From: an uncultured Candidatus Obscuribacterales bacterium | GTDB taxonomy: Bacteria > Cyanobacteriota > Vampirovibrionia > Obscuribacterales > Obscuribacteraceae | Reading direction: 5' to 3' | NCBI GenBank assembly: GCA_964493595.1 | Contig: CAZBOX010000002.1 | Location: 2,003 to 66,002, forward strand | DNA: 64,000 nucleotides | Shown here: positions 27,223-36,852 of the stretch, piece by piece | Layout of the letters: each line of letters starts with the position of its first letter | Position numbering within the stretch: position 1 is the stretch's first letter | Notes under the pieces: model-generated | The model's input: only the letters and a program-made list of their open reading frames with translations | Databases searched by the model: none | What the model was told of the DNA's origin: nothing | Program-made: the position numbers and the translations under genes

Positions 27223-28008
27223 TTATTTCTTGCCTCGACCGTTGCGGTCTTTGGTTTTTGCTTTGGGCTTGGCGCTGGCTTTTGCCTTGCCGTTGGCTTC
27301 GCCAGGCAGTGCGACGGAGAGCAGCTGCCGGAGCTGTTCGAGGCGCGACTCCTCGGTGCCGTACGCCTCTTCGTAATCAGCCATCGAGAGGCGGATCACC
27401 TCATGAGCTTCCTTGCGTCCGTAGACGGCGGCGATGTCGACGACAGGTTTTTCGCCTCCCTTCATGGGCGGCCGCTTGTAGCTGAGGAAGTAATGCTCGA
27501 GTCTTTCGATGACGCCGGGCGGCACTTCGGAGATGTCCTGAATGCCACCATATGCGATGTCGTTCTCCAGGACGGCGATGATCTTGTCATCGGCTTCTCC
27601 GTGATCGATCATGCGCAGTCCGCCAATCGGACGAACGTTCACGAAGAGGTCGCCGTGAGCGAAGTCTTTCTCCGTCAGAACGCAGATATCGAGAGGGTCG
27701 CCGTCACCCTTGATCTTGCTGCGTTTGGTCTTCTTGCCGGCGAAATCGCCGATGCGCTGACCGCAGTAGGTCTGGGGGACAAAGCCGTAGAGAGTCGGGC
27801 ACATCGAGGAGAAGCGCTGCGGCCTGTCCACATGCAGATGCCCGGTTTTCTTATCCAGCTCGAGCTTGACGGCGCCGGTGGGAACGATTTCGATATACGA
27901 GAAAACCACATCGGGCGCGTTTTCACCAGGTGAAACACCGTGCCATGGATGGGTTTTGAAGAGAGTGGAGAGCAGTTTCTTGAACTCGCTCGTGACTTTT
28001 GTGCTCAT
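27223..28008 (-). CDS. ppa: Family I inorganic pyrophosphatase with a Lys-rich C-terminal extension
   Basis: HPWHGV, YIEIVPTGAVKLELDK, GDGDPLDICVL and GEADDKIIAVL. Confidence 0.9.
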   Translation of the reverse strand: MSTKVTSEFKKLLSTLFKTHPWHGVSPGENAPDVVFSYIEIVPTGAVKLELDKKTGHLHVDRPQRFSSMCPTLYGFVPQTYCGQRIGDFAGKKTKRSKIKGDGDPLDICVLTEKDFAHGDLFVNVRPIGGLRMIDHGEADDKIIAVLENDIAYGGIQDISEVPPGVIERLEHYFLSYKRPPMKGGEKPVVDIAAVYGRKEAHEVIRLSMADYEEAYGTEESRLEQLRQLLSVALPGEANGKAKASAKPKAKTKDRNGRGKK

Positions 28009-28125
28009 ATTGTCTCCAGACTTTCAGCTCAGAGGCTGTTGCTTATATCCCGGTAGATTCAGTTCGTGACAGTCTAACCGACCGGCACGGAAATTTGAGA
28101 ATTGCCATCAACGTGGCAGCAAGAA

Positions 28126-28153
28126 CAGTTCGGGCCCTGAGGAGCCCGAACTG
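28126..28153 (-). terminator. Possible terminator hairpin after citrate synthase
   Basis: CAGTTCGGGC cctgagga GCCCGAACTG, followed on the minus strand by TTCTTGCTG (a weak U-tract). Confidence 0.4.
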
Positions 28154-28211
28154 CTCATTGAAGTGAGTATTGAGGCTAGTGCTGCCCGCACGGGGCAAGA
28201 GCGCAAGCCGC

Positions 28212-29360
28212 TCAGAACGCGCTTTCGGACACTTCCGGTCCGGTGTACTGCGACAGCGGACGGAAGAGCTTGTTGTCGCGCAGCTGCTCGATGATATGTT
28301 CGCCCCAGCCGATGATACGGCTGGTGCAGAAGGTCGAGGAGTAGAGGGTGCGGGGAATGCCGCAGTGCTCCAGGGCGACAGCCGTCCAGAACTCCACGTT
28401 CACACGCAGAGCGCGGGCGGGCTTGCCAGTGGAGAGTGCCTTGGCTTCAGCCTTGGCTTTGAGAGCGGCGAGGATTTCCTCCTCCACTTTGAGAGCCAGG
28501 GCAATGCGCGGCCCGTTCTGCTTCTGCGCCACACCGCGCAAGCAGAGAGAACGCGGGTCGTCGGTGCGGTAGACGCGGTGACCGAAGCCCATGATGCGCC
28601 GCCCACTGGACAGCTCTGACTGGACCCAGGAAGCTGCGTTCTCGGGCGTGCCGATCGAATCGAGCATATCGAGAACAGGACCGGGCGCACCGCCGTGCAG
28701 AGGTCCGGAAAGAGTGCCGACGGCAGCCGTGATGGCCGCGCCGACGTCGGCGCCGGTAGACGCAGTGACGCGACCGGAGAACGTCGAGGCGTTCAGCCCG
28801 TGGTCGATGGTCAGGATGAGGTATGTCTCGACCGCGCGCAGGTCGGCTGCGGACGGGCGTTTGCCGGTGACGCCCCAGAGGTAGCGTTCGGCGTAGCCCT
28901 TGTTCTTTGTCTTGCGGACAGGAGCCTTGCCGGTGTGGAGGATTTCGACGATGGAGGGCGCCAGGGACTGCAACTGCAGCACTTCCTGTTCCACCTCGGC
29001 GACCTCACGGTTCAGCCAGGGCTTGAAGCCGCGATGGCAGGCGATGGCGGAGATGGCGGTGCGGAAAGCCGACAGAGGCTCCGTACCGCGGGCTCGCTTC
29101 ACCAGGTTGACCTCGGCGCGCGAAAGCTTACCGAGAGTCTCGACCTTGGTGCGAAAAGCCGTCAATTCTTCGGCGGTGGGCAGGCGTCCTTCGTGCAGAA
29201 GGAACCACACTTCCTCGACCGTTTTGGTCTCGGCAAGCTTGACGGCATTGTGCCCTGCGAAGATGAGACGCCCGGCCGAACCATCAACGTGGCTCAAGCG
29301 AGTTGCGCAGGCGATGACACCTTCCAGTCCAGCAGAAAAGGTAGTCGATGGGGTGTTCAT
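28212..29360 (-). CDS. Citrate synthase / 2-methylcitrate synthase family enzyme
   Basis: Start MNTPSTTFSAGLEGV at 29360 with an AAGGAG RBS. Signature GFGHRVYRTDDPR. The maximal ORF extends to 29603. Confidence 0.9.
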   Translation of the reverse strand: MNTPSTTFSAGLEGVIACATRLSHVDGSAGRLIFAGHNAVKLAETKTVEEVWFLLHEGRLPTAEELTAFRTKVETLGKLSRAEVNLVKRARGTEPLSAFRTAISAIACHRGFKPWLNREVAEVEQEVLQLQSLAPSIVEILHTGKAPVRKTKNKGYAERYLWGVTGKRPSAADLRAVETYLILTIDHGLNASTFSGRVTASTGADVGAAITAAVGTLSGPLHGGAPGPVLDMLDSIGTPENAASWVQSELSSGRRIMGFGHRVYRTDDPRSLCLRGVAQKQNGPRIALALKVEEEILAALKAKAEAKALSTGKPARALRVNVEFWTAVALEHCGIPRTLYSSTFCTSRIIGWGEHIIEQLRDNKLFRPLSQYTGPEVSESAF

Positions 29361-29991
29361 AATTTTGCTCCTTGGAGTTTCTCTTCGAGAAACAACTTGC
29401 AAGGTGAGCGCTGAAAAGAGCTCTCCAGGCAAGACCTGATAAATCGCTCGCACGGGTCGCTGCCGTACATTCCGCTCAAACCCAGGCTGCGTGAGCAGTC
29501 TTGTCAAGTTCGGGGAGAGGAAACTGGGTATGTTGCGGCGGGATATGAGCGGGCGATGGGCGGAAAAGAAACATCTTTGGCTAGCACAGTCGCTTTTGTG
29601 CATTCAAGTAAGCCTGTCTAAAACCGCTAACACTCAGCTTTTACTACGTTAATCAAAAAAGGAGGTTCTCAAGATAGAAGCTGCATGCTCTCTGTAAATA
29701 CACAATCTTGAGTTTCTCCTTGATGCCAAGGTGGCGGAACTGCGCGGTTGATTGTGCTGCTTTCGAAAGTTCGAGAGTCCCATTTCTTCACTTCCTTCCG
29801 GCCTCCTCTCAAACGTGTTGCGAAATTGCCCTGGTAAATATATGACGTTTACTATGCAAATTAGTAAAGACTGCAAAAATGGAAAACAGCGAAAATTGCC
29901 GCCAGGGCAAATTCGCTGTTTTCCTCACGGTCAGGTATGGCGCTCAAGCGGTGCGGCTGAGTACTCCTACCTGTCCATGATCAGCCGAGCG

Positions 29992-30666
29992 CTAGCTCGG
30001 TTGTGCGCACCGCAGGCCGGCGGTCAGTCGGGCATCGTTCGCCAGAGCAATCAGAGCCGCATGAGCGACAGCCGCTTCGCCAAGTACGCCAGCCTTCTTG
30101 AGTTGTCCGGCAATCTTCGAGATTCCCTTGAGCTTGAAGACGGCAGCCAGCTTGATGGCGGCGGCGTCCAGGGCGGGGTCTTTGCCGACGCGCTCTTGCA
30201 CCTCGGCGATGTAGCTCGGGCGCGCCTTGAGAGCGGCTGCCACGTCGAAGCTGTAACGCGACGGATAGAAAGGACCGGTCGACTTGGCCCCTTCGGCAGG
30301 CGCAAGCAGCCTGAGCGCCGGCGCCAGCTCGGCACTGCGGCTCAGGGCGCTGAGGATGTTGTCGCAGAGCGCGAAGTCGCGGTAGCTGCTGGCGTCGTGC
30401 CCGAGCAATTCCTTGACGGTCTTCAGGTCGGCCGTTTTGACGCGAACCAGGTGTCCGAAGGCGCGGATGGAGAGGCGGTCATTCGGGCGGGTTTCGGTGT
30501 ACCCGGCCTCGCTGAGGTTCTCCAGATAGGACTCGCCGTAGAATTCGAGCAGGTCGCCTTCGGAATCGTCGCCGTAGCTTTCTTTCATCTCCTGGGCGAT
30601 CGCTTCGATGGCGGCAAGAATCGGCAGCTTCTGTGCTGCAAGAGCGGTGTTTTGACGCTTGGTCAT
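29992..30666 (-). CDS. Hypothetical protein
   Basis: 224-aa GC-rich ORF. No motif recognised. Confidence 0.55.
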   Translation of the reverse strand: MTKRQNTALAAQKLPILAAIEAIAQEMKESYGDDSEGDLLEFYGESYLENLSEAGYTETRPNDRLSIRAFGHLVRVKTADLKTVKELLGHDASSYRDFALCDNILSALSRSAELAPALRLLAPAEGAKSTGPFYPSRYSFDVAAALKARPSYIAEVQERVGKDPALDAAAIKLAAVFKLKGISKIAGQLKKAGVLGEAAVAHAALIALANDARLTAGLRCAQPS

Positions 30667-31168
30667 GAATTTCCCTTGTTTCTTGTGGACAACTATCGCC
30701 CGGCGTCAGAGGCAATTGCACAATTGCTTGTACCGGGATGCGTAATGCTTCTCTGTGGGATATCGAACTGCTATGCGCTGATGCGTTCTGCTGCCCGGCT
30801 TTCTTCCTGCGAGTTGCCTCACGGGGTTCGATAGCGGAATTGAAGCGCAAAAGGCTGGAAGCAGCTAAATTCGTTGGAGAAGCGACGAGAAAGAATACGA
30901 GCAGCCTAACCAATCGGTCCGGGGGTCTTCCTCAGTTGTCACTAAATACCAACCAATCTTTAGTGGCAGGAGCCGCGGCTATGGTTGCGCACCTCGCGCG
31001 AGGTATTCGGAAAGCCAGTGTTTTCGTCCAATTGTCTGAAACTGACTTAAGTCGTACTTGATGCCGTCCGATACTAACGCCAGTAGTAGTAAGTTTTCAA
31101 AAACAAAGTCCTATAGATGCGCGGGATGGGAACGCAGTCCCCACCCCGCTGTCGTGTAAGGCGTCTAA

Positions 31169-31636
31169 TCAGACCGGCATCAGCAACAGCCAGGCTACCC
31201 AGAAGAGCGCCACGCTGATGAGAACAGGAACAGCCGACGCACCCGCCATGAGGCTGAGGAGAATGCCGATGGCTAGACCGGCACCGCTGGCAGTGAGCAG
31301 ATTCGTTTTGATCACGTAGTTCTGCCTGAGCTGCGGGCGAAACTCATAGGTCATTACCAGCCAAACGGATTCGAAAACTACCGCAGCGGCAACGACAGGC
31401 AAGAAGTAGACGCCCATGAACCAGCAGGCGATCAGTCCTGATGAAAGACCGACAAAGCCGGCTTCCACCAGGTGCGACTCCCGGCAGCGCATTTGCAGTT
31501 CTTCGGTGAACTGGCGATGGGCGCGATGGGAGACGAACTGTGACTGAGGAGGCACCTGGAAAAGATGCTTTCCCAGGTAGGAGAAGAACACCACCTCCGC
31601 GACGAAGGCGATGCCAATCCAAAGGACCATTTCCAT
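31169..31636 (-). CDS. Integral membrane protein
   Basis: 155 aa with 4-5 hydrophobic helices. Confidence 0.55.
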   Translation of the reverse strand: MEMVLWIGIAFVAEVVFFSYLGKHLFQVPPQSQFVSHRAHRQFTEELQMRCRESHLVEAGFVGLSSGLIACWFMGVYFLPVVAAAVVFESVWLVMTYEFRPQLRQNYVIKTNLLTASGAGLAIGILLSLMAGASAVPVLISVALFWVAWLLLMPV

Positions 31637-31798
31637 TTACGGAAATCCTCTCGTTTATGTTGTTGGCGCAGTCTTTTCAAAGAGATCTGCGCATGGGAGC
31701 CGCCGACAACAGGTCGGCGAGTGGCGAAGTTGTTGTTGGGAAAACGGCTACGCACTGCGAATCCGCGAGTGCGTAGCCGTCCTTGGATGGTTGGCGAG

Positions 31799-32206
31799 CT
31801 AGGCTCGCGTGCCAGCAGTGGCTTCGATCTGGTTGACCAGGAAGTTGCGCGCCGACGTGCGAATGCGCTCGAAATTGGACTTGGCGGTGCTGAGCGCCAG
31901 GTTGCGAGCGTGTTCGGGATGTTCGGCCGCATAGCGATGCACGACATCGCGCCCGAAAGTGCCGTAGGCGTTGCGCAGCGAGCGCACGTAGGCAGCCCAT
32001 TCATTGACCATGGTGGTGTTCATGAACTGGTCGGCCGCGATCGTGGCGTCGAGCGGCGCAACGGCGGCCTCGAAGTCGCCTTCCGCCGAATTCCCTGCCA
32101 CGGCGCCCTGGAACCAGTTGAACAGGTCCGAGGCATTGGCCAGGAGAAGAACGTGCGAATCGGCGAGATTGACCACCTTGGCGGTCTTTTGGGAAGTTGC
32201 GGTCAT
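31799..32206 (-). CDS. Hypothetical protein
   Basis: 135-aa ORF, helical by composition. No motif recognised. Confidence 0.5.
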   Translation of the reverse strand: MTATSQKTAKVVNLADSHVLLLANASDLFNWFQGAVAGNSAEGDFEAAVAPLDATIAADQFMNTTMVNEWAAYVRSLRNAYGTFGRDVVHRYAAEHPEHARNLALSTAKSNFERIRTSARNFLVNQIEATAGTRA

Positions 32207-32388
32207 TTATCCATCCTTCTTGAAGGTTCTTTGGTTGCTGGATTTGACCGGTTTGTCGCCGACAGTGTACGGGGACGCTGTCGACTGCAAAACGGTCATT
32301 TCGGAGGATGCACCTAATGTGCTGCGTTTGCTGAGATCAGGCTGGAGAGCTGCACCGCCTGTAGTGGCGCGACTCTCCTGGGTTTTGC

Positions 32389-33135
32389 TCAGTGCCTTTC
32401 GATAAGGCGCGCCAGAATTTCCGGCAGAGCGTTGTCGGCGCCTTTGGTGTGCACCTCTCTGAACGACCAGTGAAGGTTGCCGGCCGGCGTCACGTTCACC
32501 CAGATCGTTTTCACTCCTGAGTAGAAGCGCTTCTTTATGTCGACGATGCTCTTGGCTGGTTGAACCTCGAGCGTCGTTCCCACGACGATAAGTGCGCCGC
32601 ACTCTTTCATGAGCTTCTTCGCGGCTGCCACGTTGTCTTTGTTGACGATCTCGCCAAAGAGCACCACATCGGGCCGCAGATTGTGCCCGCACAAAGTGCA
32701 GACCGGCACTGCATTCTCATGCGGGTCGCTGTCGGCGAATGGAAGAAGCGTGCACTTGGGATTGGTGCAGCGCGTCCTCATGACGTTGCCGTGAAACTCG
32801 ATGACATCGGGGCTTCCGGCAAGTGTGTGCAGTCCGTCAACATTCTGAGTGACGATATTCAGCTGGTAATCGGCAGGCAGCTCGGCCTGGATTGCAGCCA
32901 GAGCGCGATGTGCTAAGGTCGGCTCAGCAGCTGCAATTTGCTTGCGCATGCCACCCCAGTGGTCCCAGCTGAAGCGTGGGTCCGTCTTCAGTGTCAACGC
33001 GTCGGCGGCCCTGACGATGGCTGCGTCGTTCCACAGTCCATCGGGCCCTCTGTAGGTTCTCAGTCCGGCTGAGGCGGAGATGCCCGCGCCGGAGAACACA
33101 ACGATTTTCTTTGCGTCCCGCATGGGAGTCTCCAT
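32389..33135 (-). CDS. cobB: NAD-dependent protein deacylase, Sir2/CobB family
   Basis: FSGAGISASAGLRTYRG, VTQNVDGLH, zinc ribbon CTNPKC...CTLCG, LRPDVVLFGE and VVGTTLEV. Confidence 0.9.
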   Translation of the reverse strand: METPMRDAKKIVVFSGAGISASAGLRTYRGPDGLWNDAAIVRAADALTLKTDPRFSWDHWGGMRKQIAAAEPTLAHRALAAIQAELPADYQLNIVTQNVDGLHTLAGSPDVIEFHGNVMRTRCTNPKCTLLPFADSDPHENAVPVCTLCGHNLRPDVVLFGEIVNKDNVAAAKKLMKECGALIVVGTTLEVQPAKSIVDIKKRFYSGVKTIWVNVTPAGNLHWSFREVHTKGADNALPEILARLIERH

Positions 33136-33200
33136 TGATCTTGCGCCTGTTTTGCGTCAGAGGACGCCGACCCCGAGAGCGGAGGTAGTGATGGCGCGTT

Positions 33201-33701
33201 TCAGGTGTCTGTCTTCGTCGTGACCGGTGCGCTCGCTGTGGCGGGCGGCTTGGTGGCGCGCACCGTGAGCGTGACACGTTTGGATGGGTCGATGGCGGTG
33301 CTGACTTCATGTCCCTTGCGAAGGGATGAGGCGACTACCGCATCGAGAACAGTGCGCTTATAGTGCGTCACATCGACCGAAATTGGCTCGTTACCGGCTT
33401 CGCCCAGTTGGGTCTGCACGGACTTGCCGAGATAGCTCGACTGCCGGTAGTGATCGATGAGATCGTCGAGCAGCTTGGCCAGTGTCTGTCCGAGCCAGGC
33501 GCCGAGAAAGACGGCGGCGGCGATGGACAGCTCCTTGAGCACGAACCAGGAGTAAGCACCCACGGCAAGCAGAGCCAGGAAGATGATGATGTAGATGACG
33601 GCTCGCTTGGAGCGACCCCAGTTCGTCCGGTCCAGGAGGAGCAGGACGAAGGTGACGGCCGTTGCTGCTCCCAGTGCGATCAGCATGGTGATTGGATCCA
33701 T
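33201..33701 (-). CDS. Membrane-anchored hypothetical protein (3 TM plus a soluble tail)
   Basis: 166-aa ORF with N-terminal hydrophobic helices. Confidence 0.55.
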   Translation of the reverse strand: MDPITMLIALGAATAVTFVLLLLDRTNWGRSKRAVIYIIIFLALLAVGAYSWFVLKELSIAAAVFLGAWLGQTLAKLLDDLIDHYRQSSYLGKSVQTQLGEAGNEPISVDVTHYKRTVLDAVVASSLRKGHEVSTAIDPSKRVTLTVRATKPPATASAPVTTKTDT

Positions 33702-34787
33702 GTGGTCCTCTCTCTTTGTGTTTCGCGGATAACGTCGACTGTTCTGCCCGCGCGATACAGCGCGACCTGCTTGCGACGTCGAGTATCAACCGCTGGCGGC
33801 GATACCAATCGTGTGTCTATCGACATTCCTGTCGATGGCGGCATTGTCCATTCAGGCAATCCCGGCATCGACAATAAGTCGCATGCTTTAGTTAGCGAGC
33901 GTTCACTTGCTCAGTGCGCTTACTTTCCCATGCTTATATCTACGGCTTTTCGGCCGCTTTCTTATAGAGGGAAGTCACCAGATGCGCGTGTTTGCTTGGT
34001 GTGAAGAAGAACTAGGGAAGTGAAGCGATACCTCCGAGATAACACAGAAAATTAGAGTCTAAATAGTAAAGTGACGCTTTACGACAGTACTTAACGTCGC
34101 TTAAAGCCTCTGCGCGCGTGGGATTTCCAGGTTTGCTACAGGCGCCTGTGCGCGTATATACAGCCAGTTTCGTTCTAGATTTCTATAGGCATAAGGCTTC
34201 ATCGGGCGCTTCAAAAACGTTTTGCTAGATGCGCTAGATTAGCCGATTCTTCAGAAAAATCCCTGACCCGCGCATTCCTAGCTCTGCTCATGGAGGTTTT
34301 TCAAAAGGCTCATCACTGGACTGAAAAAAGCATTTTTCGCAAATGCTTGCGCAGCCTCATGAGGGATATTTGGGGATCGATTTGCGCGGACTCTTCTGCA
34401 TGTTTTCGCAGCGGAACTACATCAGACAATCAAGTCCATTTCGAAAAGTCCGTACCGGCCTGCTCCTGAAGCTTTGAAAGCCTCATAAATAGCCCGCTGT
34501 AACTGGTTGTAAAGGGGCTCTGTAAAGCCCTGCTTTATATGTTTACTGAACGGCTTTTGCTACCAAAAAGTATCTTCTATTGCTCTTTCCACTCTTAGCC
34601 ATAACGACCTCAAAACCAAACCAATAGCTTCTTTTCAGGGCTTTAACACACGGCGCAAGCTGTGCGGGTCGGTTTGGAACGTTTTTGGTCGGGAGTGCTG
34701 AAGCGCGATGAGGTGGACGCTTTGCGGAAATGGTTTCGCAAGGCGGTTATGTCAATCGGACAACAATCTGAAATGGAGAAAAACACT

Positions 34788-35387
34788 ATGACGTTTTCCA
34801 TCGTAGTTCCTACCTCGAGCGTGATTGCCATCCTGCCGAACGACCCCTACCAGGTGTGCGTCATCGAGCAGAACGGCAAGCACAAGGGCAGGCTGACCTT
34901 GGTCGGCGGAAAGGTGATCATGCCCGAGCAGACGCACGAACAGTGCGCCCTCGAGGAATGGGACCAGGAAGCCGGCGGCAAGCAGGCCAAGCTCTTCGAC
35001 ACTTCGCTGTGGGCGATCAAGACCGACGCGCATTCGGACGTCCGTCCGTCCACGCTCGGCAAGCTCACCCATGACCTCTGCCCGGAGTCGCTGCGCAGCA
35101 CGCCGGTCACCGGTCACTACGGCTGCCCGGACTACATCTACCTGGCCAAGGTGGAGGGCGAGCCCTACCCGTTCGACGGCGAAGCCAAGTCGTGCAAGTT
35201 CATCGACGTGCGCGACATTCCGTGGACCGAGACCGAGGCTGAGAGCCGCTACGGCGCTCAGCACGACCTCATCCTCATGGTCTACCGGCTCTGGCTCTCC
35301 GGTCGCCCGGTGGACATCAGCGATTTCGCAGACTTCCGCGCCTTGCGCGCCAAGCTGCGCGAACTGCTGGCCGCCGTCAACGACTGA
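34788..35387 (+). CDS. Nudix-family hydrolase (divergent Nudix box)
   Basis: Start MTFSIVVPTSS at 34788 with a GGAGA RBS. GGKVIMPEQTHEQCALEEWDQEAGG approximates Gx5Ex7REUxEExGU, with L in place of R. The maximal ORF starts at 34662. Confidence 0.6.
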   Translation: MTFSIVVPTSSVIAILPNDPYQVCVIEQNGKHKGRLTLVGGKVIMPEQTHEQCALEEWDQEAGGKQAKLFDTSLWAIKTDAHSDVRPSTLGKLTHDLCPESLRSTPVTGHYGCPDYIYLAKVEGEPYPFDGEAKSCKFIDVRDIPWTETEAESRYGAQHDLILMVYRLWLSGRPVDISDFADFRALRAKLRELLAAVND

Positions 35388-35503
35388 CCGCCGGACATGC
35401 CACTGAGAATGGTGCCGCAATTGCAGCGGCACCACCCATAACCGCACGCAGTAATTGTCGAAAAGAGCTTGCTGCCTGCAATAAGATAAGAATCGGAGTT
35501 AGT

Positions 35504-36199
35504 ATGTCCAAACTTCTGGATACTGCTCACGCGGACAAGTTGGATGCCCACCTTGATCGCGTGATGCACAATGCGCAGCATCTTCAGCGCGTATTGAGCA
35601 CGTTGAAAGGCATCGGGCCTCAGGGCACTTTCCTGGGCTCTCGCAAACTCGGGCCGGAATCGCTCGAGTATCGTTGGTTGGCCGAAGCTTCCAGGCTCCT
35701 GGCGCTGACCGGCATCGCGTTGAAGACCGGTGGTGGACCCGGTCTCATGGAAGCCCCTCACAAGGGCTGCCTGGACGCCAATCGTCTCGACCGCGCCATC
35801 GCCGTCTGTGCCGATTTCTTGGCGACGGAGGAGGACATCAACCCCTACGTTGTCCAGGGCGGTCATGTGTTCAGGATGCCGGATTTCAATTCCCGGCATG
35901 ACGGGCTCTTCTTCGGCTCGATGTTCCATGGCGTCCTCTGGGGGCGGCTGGGCACGATTCACGAGCTGTACGACTTGCTCAATCGGCTCAAGCATGGGCT
36001 TCTCGCCGATGCTCCCGTCTACTTCCTGGAGCGCGATGGCTACTGGTCGCAGAAGAAGGACTTCCTGACGCAGTCCCTGGGTGAAGACCTGGGTCCGCGC
36101 ATCAGTCCCGAAGACTACGACACCACCAAGATCGTGAACATCACCGAGCGGACGCCCGAGCAGTTCGTGAGCATGCTGCTGCGCGATATCGGCTACTGA
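35504..36199 (+). CDS. LOG/TIGR00730-like (SLOG-fold) protein
   Basis: TGGGPGLMEA (GGGxGxM-type) and WGRLGTIHEL (degenerate PGGxGTxxE). Confidence 0.6.
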   Translation: MSKLLDTAHADKLDAHLDRVMHNAQHLQRVLSTLKGIGPQGTFLGSRKLGPESLEYRWLAEASRLLALTGIALKTGGGPGLMEAPHKGCLDANRLDRAIAVCADFLATEEDINPYVVQGGHVFRMPDFNSRHDGLFFGSMFHGVLWGRLGTIHELYDLLNRLKHGLLADAPVYFLERDGYWSQKKDFLTQSLGEDLGPRISPEDYDTTKIVNITERTPEQFVSMLLRDIGY

Positions 36200-36218
36200 C
36201 CAGGTGATTGCATGACCA

Positions 36219-36287
36219 GGCCCCTGCCTGCGGAGGACATCCGAAGAGAAATCTCTGCGGATGGTTGGGTTCGAATCCCATCAGGGG
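36219..36287 (+). pseudogene. Degenerate tRNA-like element (acceptor stem plus T-arm, no canonical anticodon arm)
   Basis: GCCCCTG (36219-36225) pairs with CAGGGGC at the 3' end. The T-arm-like TTGGGTTCGAATCCCAT has the canonical TTCGAAT loop. The D and anticodon regions do not fold canonically, and the element is only 69 nt long. Confidence 0.25.
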
Positions 36288-36852
36288 CGCTGCCGTGTCG
36301 AGACTTGAAAAATCGGGTTGGGCTGCTGCCCTTCTCCGATTTTTCTTTTATCGCTTTTATACTACCGCATATAAGACTTGTTCGATGCATAAGAAAGTTG
36401 ATACCGAATGTGGTGCTCCTGGTAGTCATGATGCGGCACGTTCGCGATGTTTGCTAGGTCTGCTAATTGCGTGTCTCGCGAGTGAGTACAAATTCAGTTA
36501 GGCAAAGCGCCTCTTTTCATCATCGTGAGTTCTCCTGTGGATGGCTAATTTTAGTGCTTTGCAATTCGGGGGCGCTTGTCATCAAGACCTTCATGTGCAT
36601 GGTCGCATAGATCTAAACTGCAAGCCCATTTCTTATTCCTTCATGCTTAAGACTAAATCCCGAGAAAAATCCCTGTTCATGAGTTCAAGATACAAAACAG
36701 CTTCCTAAAGCTGGCAATTTGACTCAGGTGTCTTTATCCGGGGGAATGCGCCTCGCCTGCTGCTTTTGCGGCTGGCGCTTTCGGCATATCTAAAAATCTC
36801 TCAATTGAACTTTCCGGCAATCAGGCACGGAAGAGACTTCTGGAGAATAATC

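Noticed and set aside
32389-33135. Sir2 as the effector of a Thoeris- or DSR-type defence system.
   Set aside because: It has a canonical CobB-length sirtuin with a zinc ribbon and all deacylase motifs. There is no fused SLOG, TIR or helicase domain and no adjacent partner of known defence systems.
36219-36287. Annotating an intact tRNA gene.
   Set aside because: The element is only 69 nt, the T-stem has a mismatch, the D-arm is abnormal and no 7-nt anticodon loop forms. It is kept only as a low-confidence tRNA-like remnant.
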